Of a stretch of 64,000 bases of DNA, positions 12,401 to 24,250 are shown piece by piece. Under the pieces are notes generated by a model that ran no database searches, was not told the origin of the DNA, and saw only the letters and a list, made by a program, of their open reading frames with translations. Both the position numbers and the translations under genes were made by a program. Numbering within the stretch: the stretch's first letter is position 1; each line of letters opens with the position of its first letter. Origin of the DNA: Adineta vaga (taxonomy: Eukaryota; Animalia; Rotifera); the NCBI GenBank assembly GCA_021613535.1, contig CP075495.1, forward strand, positions 15,066,001-15,130,000. Direction: 5' to 3'.

Positions 12401-14412
12401 CATCTTTATATACTAAATCATAAAGTACGAAATCAGATTGTTTTTTATACGGTACATTCTACGACTGAAATAAACATTACAGTAGTTTACAGAGAGGAGT
12501 TTACATTAGTCATACGTCTAAAAAGAGATTGTCTCCAAGGAAACGAGCATGAAGATATATGACTATACTCGATACTATCCACATCCTATTTAAATATCTA
12601 TTGAACATTATTTTTAAATCATTGCGCTCGTATCAATAAATATTAAAGTTCATTTTTCTCGAGATAGAGTAATAATTAACAGGATGAATAGATAGGTTGA
12701 AGTTATATATAATTGCATTGATAATATTCATATTCTGCTCATTTGTATCAATTTTGTTTATTTCATATAAAAAGCAATTTAAAAATTTTAAAGTAGAGCT
12801 ACATAAAAAATAAAACTAAAATACAAAGTATAAAAATGTCTTCTTTATAAAGAAATAATAATGAAATCATAGTGCATAAAAGAATGAAAAGAAAAGATTG
12901 AACATTTTTTCACTCAATAAAAATACTTAGTTCACTCTCGGTAGAGTTTTACTAAAAAGAGACGAAGATACAATTCATTGACGCCGTAAAACTATACTTT
13001 GGGTTTGAAATATTCTCTTATCATAGATATATAAGCATTTTCGTTGTTCTATGAACTAATATATTTTATTTAAATCAAGTATTCTAGGTTTTACTACATA
13101 CAGAACAAACAGCAATATCAAACGTATCTATTGTTTGGTTCGAGTACACCGTCTTTTTTATTATCCGTTGTAGGCACATCTTTCCAGTCAACATAATAAC
13201 AATCAGAAAAATAGTATAATCATCATTGCGAAAGGAAGGAATCTCGTTTTAAGCTGTCTTTATCCTTGATCAAAATTATACTGTAAAAGTACATTATAAA
13301 ACAAACTGAATGAGTTGATTTTAGATTTTCTCGGGAATCATTCAAATCGCACTTAACCTTATAGTGTACGGATTGTTTAATTGTCTTCGTCGTTTTTCAT
13401 GTATATATCATCATGCTGTTCGTCATCTATTCTTTCTTCTTTATTAAAACAGTAAAAAATTACGTGTAGTTAACATGAAAGAAAAATAATCTACTTATAT
13501 GAGATTAAAAAAAGCAACAGAAGAGAGCAATTTGTGATACATTTGATAATAACCTAACAACATAATAAACGACGAGAATGATTTTGAAATGAAAATATAA
13601 AATAAAGATGAACAATAGAGAAAAATAATTAGTATTGATTTATTCAATTTAATTGTTCTTGGAAAAAAATATTTGTTTATAATTTGTTCACATTCAGATT
13701 TTGTTTTAGTTGTATCTTTTAATAAAACATGTAGATTATTTCTTTTTATCATATTGAGAACAATAATATCATGAATATCATAGATGTATATTCACCTCTA
13801 CTGGTTTCAATACTATATGAGTAAAATATAATGGCTGTAATCCATTCCATTTCTAATAATATTTATCAATTGAAAAATTTTCAATTTCACATTCATAAAC
13901 ATTTACTTGTGACAATAAATCATACATCATTTGTTTACCTTCTCTTATCATTTGATCAATAAATTCATTACTTGAAATAAATTTTCGTAACATAGCCAAA
14001 ATCTCTATTCCACGTTGATAATCTTGAAGATAAATACACGATTCACCAAGTTTATAAATAAGAGCTGGTTGATTATCAATCAATGATACATTACTCCTAT
14101 AATTATCAGTAATGTATGGAAAAATAGTGCATGGTACACCTTCATCGATAATGTCTGTAAGATACTCCGGTCAATGAGTGAAATGATAAATTGAATTCAA
14201 CTTTTAAGCTTGAAACTATACTAAGTTGTTGTTAAACCGACATAGACAAGTATAGAATATATTGGATGGCTTTAACTGACAGAGATGACGATTACTGCGT
14301 ATTAACAAAGAAGAATATTTATTTACGTAAGTTTATTTAAACGAAAAGAAAATATTTCAACAAACTGCATAATTATTTATTTGTTCTACTATTCAAAATA
14401 TATGAGAATATA

Positions 14413-15408
14413 TCATACTAAATGTTCTCCTATTCGTACAAGTAATCCATAGGCAAGAAGTGTTGCTCGTCTATCTGTAAAATATTCCATTTTATCATTG
14501 GATATATATGGACAGATTCGTTTTCTTCCAAGACCAATAGTTTCACGTTGAATATTATATGTGTTTGGCATTTGTCGACATTGAAGAACTAATTGAGCTT
14601 GATAAGTTTGATTATTTTCTTTTGATTGAAATGAATAAATAGGACTGTACACTCTTGAACTTGAATAGACAATTGTTGGTGATGTAAAAATATATTTTTG
14701 ATCAGGAATATGTCCTTCTCGTATACCTAAAACAGTTCCATCAATTAATGCATCACCGGGCAAACAAAAGTGTCGATGTTTAACGATTGATAATGCAGCT
14801 ATTTTTGTAGTTCCATGAAATGTCACAATTCCTTTATTCCAAATATCATGAGTTTCACAAAATACAGGATCAACACGAAGACCAAAACGTATCCATCCTC
14901 TTGGAACAACATATTTTCCACCGCCAGCTTCAATCACATCTTTCCAATCAAGAGGATAACATCTCGAACAATAACAGCGATCTTCTCCTGTGTCAAATAA
15001 TGTTTCAGGCCATTTTAATGATTTAACAAATTCACGTGGTAAAATCATTCTCGGACAATGTAAAGGATCATATTTATATCTAGTAGATTTACGTTTATCT
15101 ACGACATGCGATGTTTCTTGACCTTGTTCATCGCTAACTTCTCTTCCATTTCGCCATTCACATGAACGAATTTCTCCATTTGCATAATAAAATGTTCCTT
15201 GACCACTTCTTCTATTATTTGTCCAATTCCCTTCATACCGATCTCCATTTTGCCAAGTATTAATTCCATATCCGTGCCTTAGATCATTTTCCCAATTACC
15301 TTTATATTTTCCTCCGTTTGCATAGTATAGGGTTCCTTGACCATGTTTTTTTTCATTTTTAACTTCTCCCTCATAACGATTACGATTAGGATATGAAATC
15401 ACCACCAT
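14413..15408 (-). CDS. MORN-repeat protein fused to NEURL4-type ADP-ribosyltransferase-like domain
   Basis: MORN repeats (YEGEVKNEKKHGQGTLYYANG x3-4). Then CYCSRC, YVVPRGWIRFGL, FHGT, FTSPTIVYSS and QLVLQCRQ, as in the NEURL4 C-terminal ART fold. Confidence 0.8.
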   Translation of the reverse strand: MVVISYPNRNRYEGEVKNEKKHGQGTLYYANGGKYKGNWENDLRHGYGINTWQNGDRYEGNWTNNRRSGQGTFYYANGEIRSCEWRNGREVSDEQGQETSHVVDKRKSTRYKYDPLHCPRMILPREFVKSLKWPETLFDTGEDRCYCSRCYPLDWKDVIEAGGGKYVVPRGWIRFGLRVDPVFCETHDIWNKGIVTFHGTTKIAALSIVKHRHFCLPGDALIDGTVLGIREGHIPDQKYIFTSPTIVYSSSRVYSPIYSFQSKENNQTYQAQLVLQCRQMPNTYNIQRETIGLGRKRICPYISNDKMEYFTDRRATLLAYGLLVRIGEHLV

Positions 15409-15763
15409 TTTCACGAATTCTGATGATTTATAAAATCCACTTCCTCAGATTCTTATCGATTTATTTGGTGAATTTGAGAAGAAGAAAAAACATCTGACAC
15501 ACTATATAAACAACAGAATGAAAGAATTCTGTGTTGTTGGAAAAAAATCATGAAATATTTAAAATGTTCTCATTCAAATACGTCTTTTTATTTTGTGTAT
15601 GTTTCAACAGGCTATGTATGTTATGTTGTTTTCTACTGTGAGGTGGAATTTGTATTTTATCTTTTCTTTTGATTCTTAGTCAAACACGTTTTTTGCTTTT
15701 CTTTCTTTCCGTTCTTCTATAATAATAATAAAAGTAATTGTTTTACATTCGACAGTCAAGAAA

Positions 15764-16722
15764 ATGGCAAATAAACACTTCAATTTATCATCCTTACATC
15801 GTCGTTTTGCATCTCTTGCACTTTCATGTGTTCATCGTGAATATCCAAATAAAATTGCTCATGTTCTTACATCTGATGCCGATATTCAAGCACCTCGTCA
15901 ATTAACACCTGCATTTTATGGTTGTTTTGATTGGCATTCAGCGGTTCATGGTCATTGGTTATTAGCTCGTCTTGCACGTATTGATTCAAATCTAACAGAT
16001 GAATGTTGTCAAGCACTTCGACAAAGTTTAACAAAAGAAAATCTTGATAATGAAGTGAAATATATTGATAATAATCAACGACAAGCGTTTGAAAGACCAT
16101 ATGGATTAGCATGGTTATTGCAATTAACAATGGAATTAGATGAATGGTCAAAAGAAAAAAATGAGGAATGTTTTAACCATCTTTTGAAAGAAATACAACA
16201 ATGGCGTGAAAATCTTCGTTCATTAGAAGAACTTGTGGTGAAACGATTTTCATCTTGGTTACCAAAACTATCGTATCCTGTTCGAAGTGGTGAACATAGT
16301 CAAACAGCTTTTGCTCTTGGACTTTCTTTGGATTATGCTCGACATGTTAACAATGAAACATTTGCACAACTTATTGAAGAACAATCATTACGATTTTTTG
16401 CTCAAGATAAACTCTATCCATTTAATTATGAACCATCGGGAGAAGATTTTCTCTCAGCAGGTTTAGCTGAAGCTGATCTAATGCGACGTGTTATGAAGAA
16501 AAACATGGATAAATTTTATCGAATGGTTGAAAGAATTTTTACCAGAAAAAAATCAGTTACCATCGAGTCTTGAAGCACCTGCTATAGCAGATCCAACTGA
16601 TCCAAAATTGATTCATTTAGCTGGTCTATGTCTTAGTCGAGCATGGATGTTAGAAGGTATTATTCAAATGTTACCAGAAAATAATGAACAACAAAATCAA
16701 TTGAATCAATTAAGTCAAAGAA
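15764..16722 (+). pseudogene. DUF2891 family protein, copy A (frameshifted, 3'-truncated)
   Basis: REYPNK, FYGCFDWHSAVHGHW, FERPYG and EPSGEDFLS motifs. +1 frameshift near 16515. Homology with copy B stops at 16722. Confidence 0.85.
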
Positions 16723-16755
16723 GGGTGTGGGTGTGGGTGAGGGTGTGGGTGTAGG
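16723..16755 (+). repeat. Interstitial telomere-like tract GGG(TGTGGG)2 TGAGGG TGTGGG TGTAGG
   Basis: Read directly; G-rich hexamers in otherwise ~70% AT DNA. Confidence 0.8.
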
Positions 16756-18832
16756 TTCACTATAGTTGATTTAGTCGGTTAACATCATCGTATGAAGACA
16801 TCTATTCACTTGTGCTGCTCTTGAAAAATATCCTCCAACGATAAGAATAGAGAGGTCGCAATGGTACTTCTATTGTATTAATAAATCTAATAGATAGCAA
16901 TATAATTCAAAAGTTTATTATCACTATGAGTTCAGCAAGTATTGCCGATGCGACATATAAATTAATGCATGCAGAAATGTTCGATAAAAATTCGTTGTTG
17001 TACGAAGAAAGTGTTTTTAAAGTAATTATGTGTACAAAGTTCAAAGTTCTTTCGGTACTTGCTTTTTTTTGTTCAAAGCTTGTAGATGAAGCTCTCGAAA
17101 TTATTGATCGATCACCTATTTCGACTACTGAATCTAATCAAGAATCATGTTTGGAGGTACTCAATGAATCATTTATTAGTAAACTAAGAGCACGTGCACA
17201 TGCATTGCGACTATCTACATGGAATGGAGATGCTAAACGAATGTCTGGTAAACTTTGAAACCTTTGTCATTATGATTTACTTCTTTATTCTAGCTATTAA
17301 ATATAGCTGTAGTGAATTGGGTAAATTAAATTACATAATGAATGAATCAGAACAACATTTATTTAACAACAAACTGTAAGTAAGGATTTTGTTATTTCTT
17401 TAACCCATTTCTTCTTTTTTCAATTTCAAACATCAAGGAAAAAAGCATTTAATCAAACCATGTACGATTTCAGTACCATGATCAATGATCTGAAAATAAC
17501 TGGTAAGAATAAAATACTAATTGTTTTAGTTAACGATTTAACACATAATAAGTAAGAGAATGAAAGAAAGACATTCACTCTTCTAGCTGTTCTCGTTTTA
17601 TTGGACGTAGTTTCATGAAAATTGAAATATATGTTAACTTTTTTAGGTGGAATTATTAAACATAGTGGAAATAATTTGAAGGTACATGGTGGTAAATTTT
17701 GAGAACAAATATTCAACGGGTAGATAGACTTTGACTCTGATTAGATAAATAAGCATAAGGAAGGTTTTGGAGAAGTAGTTCTTTCTATCTCTTCAGTTGA
17801 TCAGAATAATTTTCAGCAGTTTTATCATTGTTTATTATATATTTTAGACCAATGAAATCCAGAAGTGTATCTTATTCACCACGTAAATCCAAGACTGCTA
17901 AAATCTCGTCGGATACATCTCATAAAAAATATGATAACAACGAAATTTCTTCATTGTCATCAATTAAAAAGAATATTAAAGAAAGTGTTATCTTGATGGA
18001 TGGAATTTTAAAGGAATCAACAATTACAACAGAACCACCAGGTGCTTTATGAACATTTTTTATTGATATTTTTTGATGAATGAACCGTCTGTTATGTTGG
18101 ATATTTCATACCTTTGATTTATTATTATTTTCTAACTCACGAAAAAAAATACACTGAAAACTTTTAGCTAATCGATACAGTAAACAAAAGAAGTTATTAC
18201 CATTAATATTGAAAAGAAAACGAAAAGTTTTCAATGCTAGAGTTTATATTCTAAATTGTGCGTAAGGTTAATGTTTTCGAGACATTATAAGAGTCAGGTT
18301 TTACAAGGAAAAGACTATATCGTTTATATCTCAATATTTTGTAATATATTCGTAACCTTCATAATATGGATTTCATGTAGAACAATATTGCAATTACACG
18401 AGAAATGAAATAAATAAACAAATTTTTATAAATATGTTTACAACTTACAAAATCTCGAATTCAACCACGGGACAGTTTTATTTACATTTCCTAAAGTATA
18501 GGTAAATTATACAGAACGTCGAAAAAGATGTCGAGTTTATTACAAGAAGGTTTTTTCACTGAGTACAATGAAGGTATTCGAAAATGCTAGGCGATCGTCT
18601 GAGTAGGAGATGTCTATCATCTTGCTAAAAGTTCAATAGATAATGTTGTTCATTGACAATTATTTTATTGATCCATTTTATTAGAAAAACCATCAAAAAG
18701 AAGAATTATAAGAAATGTATAAAGGCATTAAACAAGCATTCTTTAATATTCTGTAAAATGTGAGATTATTGTCAATTGAAAATAAAAGAAATTGTTTTCG
18801 TCGTCAATTAATCCAAGTATGTTTTAAAAAAA

Positions 18833-18996
18833 TCATTTTTTCCTAATCGTATATCGACATTGAGAGCAATATCATCAATGAGATTTGACCGATAAATTTG
18901 TTCCTAATACAGAAAGAGAATGAGTTTTGTTTGAGATAAATCTTACATTATTAGAACCTCCGCTATAAAATGGAGTACTTACATTTGCATGTCCAC
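18833..18996 (-). pseudogene. Deleted paralog of the nested secreted peptide gene at 31544-32030
   Basis: GHANVSTPFYSGGSNN|intron|EQIYRSNLIDDIALNVDIRLGKK*, with the same intron position as the intact gene. Confidence 0.7.
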
Positions 18997-19027
18997 TAAA
19001 AGAAAAAAGCGAAAGTTAAAGTGTTAA

Positions 19028-19399
19028 ATCGATGTGACTAGCACCATTTTCAGCTAGCACCACAAAATCAAGAATTTTCTCAAAACGAATTCCCGTCCAT
19101 GTAAAACAGTCTATCCGACGCAGAATTCAATTATGCATCGAATGATGTCACTTTTACTCACGGGAAAACGTATGGAAAAATTTAGTGAGAATCTTTCTTT
19201 TGTACATGTATGTATACAACAAAAAATAAAAATTGAGGTAAGCTCTGTTCCGATCGTTTTCCCGTGAGTAAAAGTGACACCATTCGACTTAGAATTTATT
19301 TCTGAATCTAATGAACTAGTTTTTATGGGCGGGAATTCGTTTTGAGAAAATTCTTGATTTTGTGGTGCGAGCTGAAAATGGTGCTAGCTTCACATCGAT
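19028..19399. mobile_element. Palindromic MITE/foldback element
   Basis: Long imperfect inverted arms (ATCGATGTGA..CTAGCACCATTTTCAGCT..CACAAAATCAAGAATTTTCTCAAAACGAATTCCCG and its reverse complement). Confidence 0.85.
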
Positions 19400-19547
19400 A
19401 AAGTTTTAATCGATGTTAACTAAGAAATCTATATACATCATAAAGATGAAATTTGATTAATAGTTAAGATTTATAAAGAAGAACAGATCGTGTAAAATAT
19501 GATTGATTTGCATACAAAATTTAAATATTTGTTTTACTTTTCTTTAG

Positions 19548-21110
19548 TTTATGGTGCTCGTCCATTGAAACGTTATCTTGAAAAATATATTACAACTGAA
19601 TTATCAAAACTATTAATTCAAACAAAACATGCACCACATAGTCGTGTAACAATCGATAAAAATACAAATGATCAATTTCAATTTCATATTAAACAATTAC
19701 AACGAACAACATCTAATTCACCAACTAAATCAGCATATGGTCGTTGTAACGATAATGATATCGTTCATCTCTTCCTGTTCTCTATTCTCTCACCTCTATA
19801 TCATATTGTCTCCGGGTCATCTCTCTCTTTCCTCTTCTCTATATAAACGTGTGTCTTATTGTGAAATCGGGACATTCTGGTCATGTAGAGTAGTCAATAA
19901 ACATCATACCGTGAGAGGCGGTTAGCTACTCAACCAGTTTGTCATTACATGGCGACCCTGGCTAGTGAATCTTCGCAAATCTATTCTAAGCAGATTCTCT
20001 AGTAAACACCAACAACATGGAAGATCAATCAATGAATCAATGGAAACTTAATGGTCAATCAGTCACTGTCATGTATGCAAAATAGCAAGTATGGATTTTG
20101 GATTAATGTGATGATGAACCTCCTCAACGGCATGAACGACATCGTGATCGCGTGGGCAAGCGTTGGCAGGAATATTGATTTGGAAATAATTATTTGAAAG
20201 AAAGACAATTTAAGAATTTTATTGATGTGTAGCTGCGAGAACGACCCAACGACCGAACAGCCGAGTTATCCGTGAGAAGAATGACATGGAAGTGTTCCCC
20301 TTCTACTGCGTGGCGATTCATTTTATTGGCACAAGATTCGTTCGAATAAAGTTGCATACAGAAGAGTGCACTAACTGACTCATTATATTTTTATTTTTTT
20401 TGCTTTGTATGAAACATCGAGGTAATCGATTTAAGCAAGAGGATGAGGAAAAGTCGTAGTAAATATCTCTTTTTAATGCGTATGTGTTTGATATTGCGCT
20501 AATTTTTTTTGTATGAACATCGTAGTTGTTTGATCGCAGTTTATTTAAACTATTTCGTTTTATGTAAACGTTTATAAATCGCATTTTTTGTTGAGATATT
20601 TTAATGTATTCGATGAGTTTATATTGTTCGTAGTCATGTGACCTTTCTCATGATCATTATCTACTCATCTTCATTTTTTTTTCGCTTTCGACTTTATATT
20701 GTAAAGACGCTCAGGAGCGCGTCTAATCTGAATGGGAGGGTGTAACGATAATGATATCGTTCATCTCTTCCTGTTCTCTATTCTCTCACCTCTATATCAT
20801 ATTGTCTCCGGGTCATCTCTCTCTTTCCTCTTCTCTATATAAACGTGTGTCTTATTGTGAAATCGGGACATTCTGGTCATGTAGAGTAGTCAATAAACAT
20901 CATACCGTGAGAGGCGGTTAGCTACTCAACCAGTTTGTCATTACAGTCGTAAGTGTATTTTTTAATTTCGGAATTAATTTTATCTCGAATTCTTTTCTAT
21001 TCTTAGGTCGTCGCACATGCATATGAAGGTTTAGATGAAGACGAAGATTATGATAACAATTATACACGAAAACAAGAGAAAATTATAGATATATAAGAAA
21101 CAACAATGAC
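19548..21110 (+). pseudogene. Duplicated last two exons of Hsp104/ClpB, interrupted by an LTR element
   Basis: [21 protein letters not shown] matches 32231 onward; last-exon remnant [13 protein letters not shown] at ~21007-21110. Confidence 0.85.
19745..20945 (+). mobile_element. Non-autonomous LTR retroelement (TRIM-like, 1201 bp)
   Basis: Two apparently identical 205-bp TG...CA LTRs (19745-19949, 20741-20945); 5-bp TSD GTCGT; PBS-like TGGCGACCCTGG at 19950; PPT AATGGGAGGG at 20731-20740; no gag/pol ORF. Confidence 0.93.
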
Positions 21111-21429
21111 AATGAAATGTTGACAAGTAATAAACATCTGACATAAAGAATAACAAAGAAAAAACTCAGGTGAATAAATACAGATATACAATATAGTTAA
21201 CAGGAAGGAAAAATAATCTATTTATATAAAACAAAAAAAACGATAGAAGGGAATAATTTGTGATATCCACAATAGTAAATTCACAATATAACAAAAAAGA
21301 AACAATCGATTTAACAACAAAACTAAACGCAAAATACATACGTTCATCACATATCAAGGAGAAATATATTTGAACAGTAATGAATGTAACAATACCATTT
21401 TTTCAAAGAGAAAAAAAATCAAAAAATAT

Positions 21430-21679
21430 TTAGTCTTCACAAATTGTTTCTTCTCGTATGCGTTCAATCAATAGCAATTGTTCACGTTTAATAAAATTAA
21501 CAGATGGTTTTAAATTATTTTTTGCAATACATTCATCCATACAGGCAATATATTGTGTTCGTTTGTGTCTTTCAACGATCATAGGTAATAAATCATATTT
21601 CATGAGTATTTTACTGGATAACAAACGACCTAAATGACCATTACTATCGACAAACGGATGGATACGAATGAATTCTGCA
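21430..21679 (-). pseudogene. Fic/Doc domain fragment
   Basis: AEFIRIHPFVDSNGHLGRLL is a degenerate HPFxDGNGRxxR motif. The 5' part is disrupted by insertions. Confidence 0.75.
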
Positions 21680-21937
21680 TCCAAGGACGATGGTTCCTGG
21701 AAGCAGAATTCCGCTTATTTCCGGTGAAAATCTGCAGGATAACATGAGAAGGTGCCTGGAATCCTGCTGAGAGAACTGGTGATCGTATCCGACTATCGAT
21801 TATGGCAGGTTCTTGTCGGTTTCCAATAAAACCGAGTAAATCCGATGACAGGATTCGGTCACTGGAATACTGCTCCCATGAAATCTCCGGAACGTCCTGA
21901 AATTGGACGGTTCCAGACTGAATGGTTTGATCTTGGA
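21680..21937. mobile_element. MITE of the CC(C/A)AGGACGA family
   Basis: GC-rich island with TCCAAG...CTTGGA ends; resembles 54492-54815. Confidence 0.6.
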
Positions 21938-21965
21938 TGGATCATTATATTTTGTAAGGTTAGTT

Positions 21966-23311
21966 AACAAGTAACGCTCATCTTTAGATTCGCTGACCCT
22001 TTTTCTGAAAGAATGATAAGAGTGCTCAGCAAACCCATAAAGCGGGACCTGGATCTGACCGGATTCGTTCTCGTAGATCATCAAGTAGGCGCCTCCTGAG
22101 AAACGTCCAAACCACGTGAAAGTAATTCAAATCCATATTCTGAAGTATCACTCTCTAGATCAACGTCTAGACGTTCGTCGGCCACTCACGGCTAGCCGTT
22201 AACATAGACGTCTTTATTGTTTCGTCTACTTTTGATTCATTTCCCAAACAAATAAGTGAATTTCTTTTGTTCTCCTCTTGAAAAGGCACATACTTTGTAT
22301 TACTATGATTCTCGTAAAGAGAATAGAAAGGCCAAGTACTATCTTATGAGTCGCTAGAATTAGAGAATATTTTACTAGAATAGTTTTTTTCATGCTTGAA
22401 ATATTATTTCCATTTTTGGCGCACAGCTGCATCCGACAAGACAATCACAAACATCCATCTGGTTTTTATACGAATATTTATTGAAAAAATTCCATCAAAT
22501 GATCTGATGTATAGTGGTCGACCACGAAAAGATGGTTAACCCTTTCGAGCCGGATGCATCCATATGGATATATTTTGCCGTAGGGGGTACAGCATTTTCC
22601 AAATAGCCGGCCGGAAAGGGTTAAAAAAGCTGACATAAGTATCGTACCTATTCTGTCAAGTACCTGAAGTGCAGTTTTTTCTATCAATTTCTTACTAAAT
22701 CCTATACTCAGAAGTCGTAAATGATTCAAATGGCACATACAGCCCACGAACACTAGCCCATTCATTAGTTTCTATCACCCTTTTAAAGGGAGATATACAC
22801 TGAGATATTTATCTTGGAGAGAGAGGTAAATAACAATGGTGGAATCGATCCCATAGAACTAGCATCAGATTCAAATTCGTTAGTATCGATAATTTTTTAT
22901 AGAATTTGACCAAACACTCATGAAACATTGAGTTTTCTGGGAGGGAAAGACCAAAATAGGTCTCAGATAAATAATTCATCGAAAATTAGCATCGGATTCG
23001 AGATCCTTGACCTCGATTACCCATCGGTCAACCCTTACTTCACAGTATAAAAATTTATCATTAGTTAATTAGTTAATTAGCTAATTAGGAAATCAGTATT
23101 TCGGAAAACTAACGTCAGATTCGAGATCCTTGACCTCGATTACCTTTGGTGAATCATTTCCAGATCGCCATCATTAAGTTTTCAGTAGTTTATAAAATGC
23201 TGCAATCTGATTGGCTTGGACAAACTCACAAACTCACAAACGCACAAAATTTTAGCATTTTATTGAGCGTAATTTTTACGCTATAACCCTTTCTTTCAGA
23301 AAAGGGAATAA
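21966..23311 (-). mobile_element. Helentron-associated non-autonomous element (HINE/DINE-1-like)
   Basis: On the minus strand it starts TTATTCCCTTTTCTGAAAGAAAGGGTTATA (subTIR plus short IR), has a GTTTGTGA microsatellite and an internal repeat, and ends with the inverted subTIR CTTTCAGAAAAAGGG, a small hairpin and GCGTTACTTGTT. No TSD; TT target. Confidence 0.72.
22540..22620. mobile_element. 81-bp piggyBac-type MITE nested in the HINE
   Basis: TTAA|CCCTTTCGAGCCGG...CCGGCCGGAAAGGG|TTAA. Confidence 0.8.
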
Positions 23312-23869
23312 GTGCGATAATCTTTCATTTGTTGATATTTCGAATTCATAGAGACGACATACATGAAGAAGATAAATTTCGTTTGTCGAAACGTTACAAA
23401 AGCCAGTATCAATACAATTTTATCCGTTTGATAATTAAAAATTTTTTAGTTTTATCTAATAATTTAAGTTTATAATTTTAAATTTATTAATTATTTGATT
23501 GGTCCAATTTTTCAAATTTTATTATTATTAATTTTATTCAATTTGATTTAAATCAAGTAAAATTTTTACTCTATTTATTCTTTTTATTTGAATTTATCTT
23601 ATATTAATTTTGATTTTATTAATTTTACTTTATTTAATTTTTAATTTATTTATTATAATTTCTTTTTGAAATAAAAAGAAAAAGAAAAGATTTCTCTTAA
23701 TTGAATTTTATAAAAATAAAATTAATTGATTGAATTTCCTGAGAATTAAAAAACTCAATTCAATATAACTGAAGAAGACAAATCAACTAATTAGTATTTC
23801 AATTATTCATCAACCTGATCAATAAATATTGAAAACAAAGGAAGAGATTTTCTGAAAACTATTAAATAT

Positions 23870-24250
23870 TATGACCTTCCAGTTAACAAGAACCCAATCT
23901 TCTATCTGTAGTAAAGTATTCTATTTTTTCATTAGAAATAATTGGAAAAATTCGTTTTTTTCCAAGTCCAACTGTTTCAGGTTGGATTTAGAATGTATTT
24001 GGCATTTGTCGACATTGTAGAACCAATTGAGTTTGATAAGTTCGATTAGTTTCATCTGAATGAAATGTATAGACGAGACTATAAGCTCTTGAACTTGAAT
24101 AGGCAATAGTAGGTGTAGTAAAAAAATATTTTTGTCGATATTTTAGAATTGATAACGCTGCTACATTTTTTTGTTCCATGAAATGTAATAAGCCATTTAT
24201 TCCAAACTTATGAGTATAACAAAATGCAACATCAACTTGGAACAACATTC
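23870..24250 (-). pseudogene. Degenerate NEURL4-type ART gene, copy B
   Basis: KYFFTTPTIAYSSSRAYS..QTQLVLQCRQMPNTF* is homologous to 14413-15408; it has deletions, frameshifts and a stop. Confidence 0.85.

Noticed and set aside
13853-14150. TPR-like coding fragment on the minus strand
   Set aside because: Too short, with no start or family motif to support a call.
15867-16151. Identical antisense ORFs in both DUF2891 copies (also 24603-24995)
   Set aside because: Shadow ORFs explained by DNA identity of the sense gene.
22994-23143. Repeated GATTCGAGATCCTTGACCTCGATTACC as a CRISPR-like repeat
   Set aside because: Only two copies ~120 bp apart inside a transposon; eukaryotic context; no cas genes.
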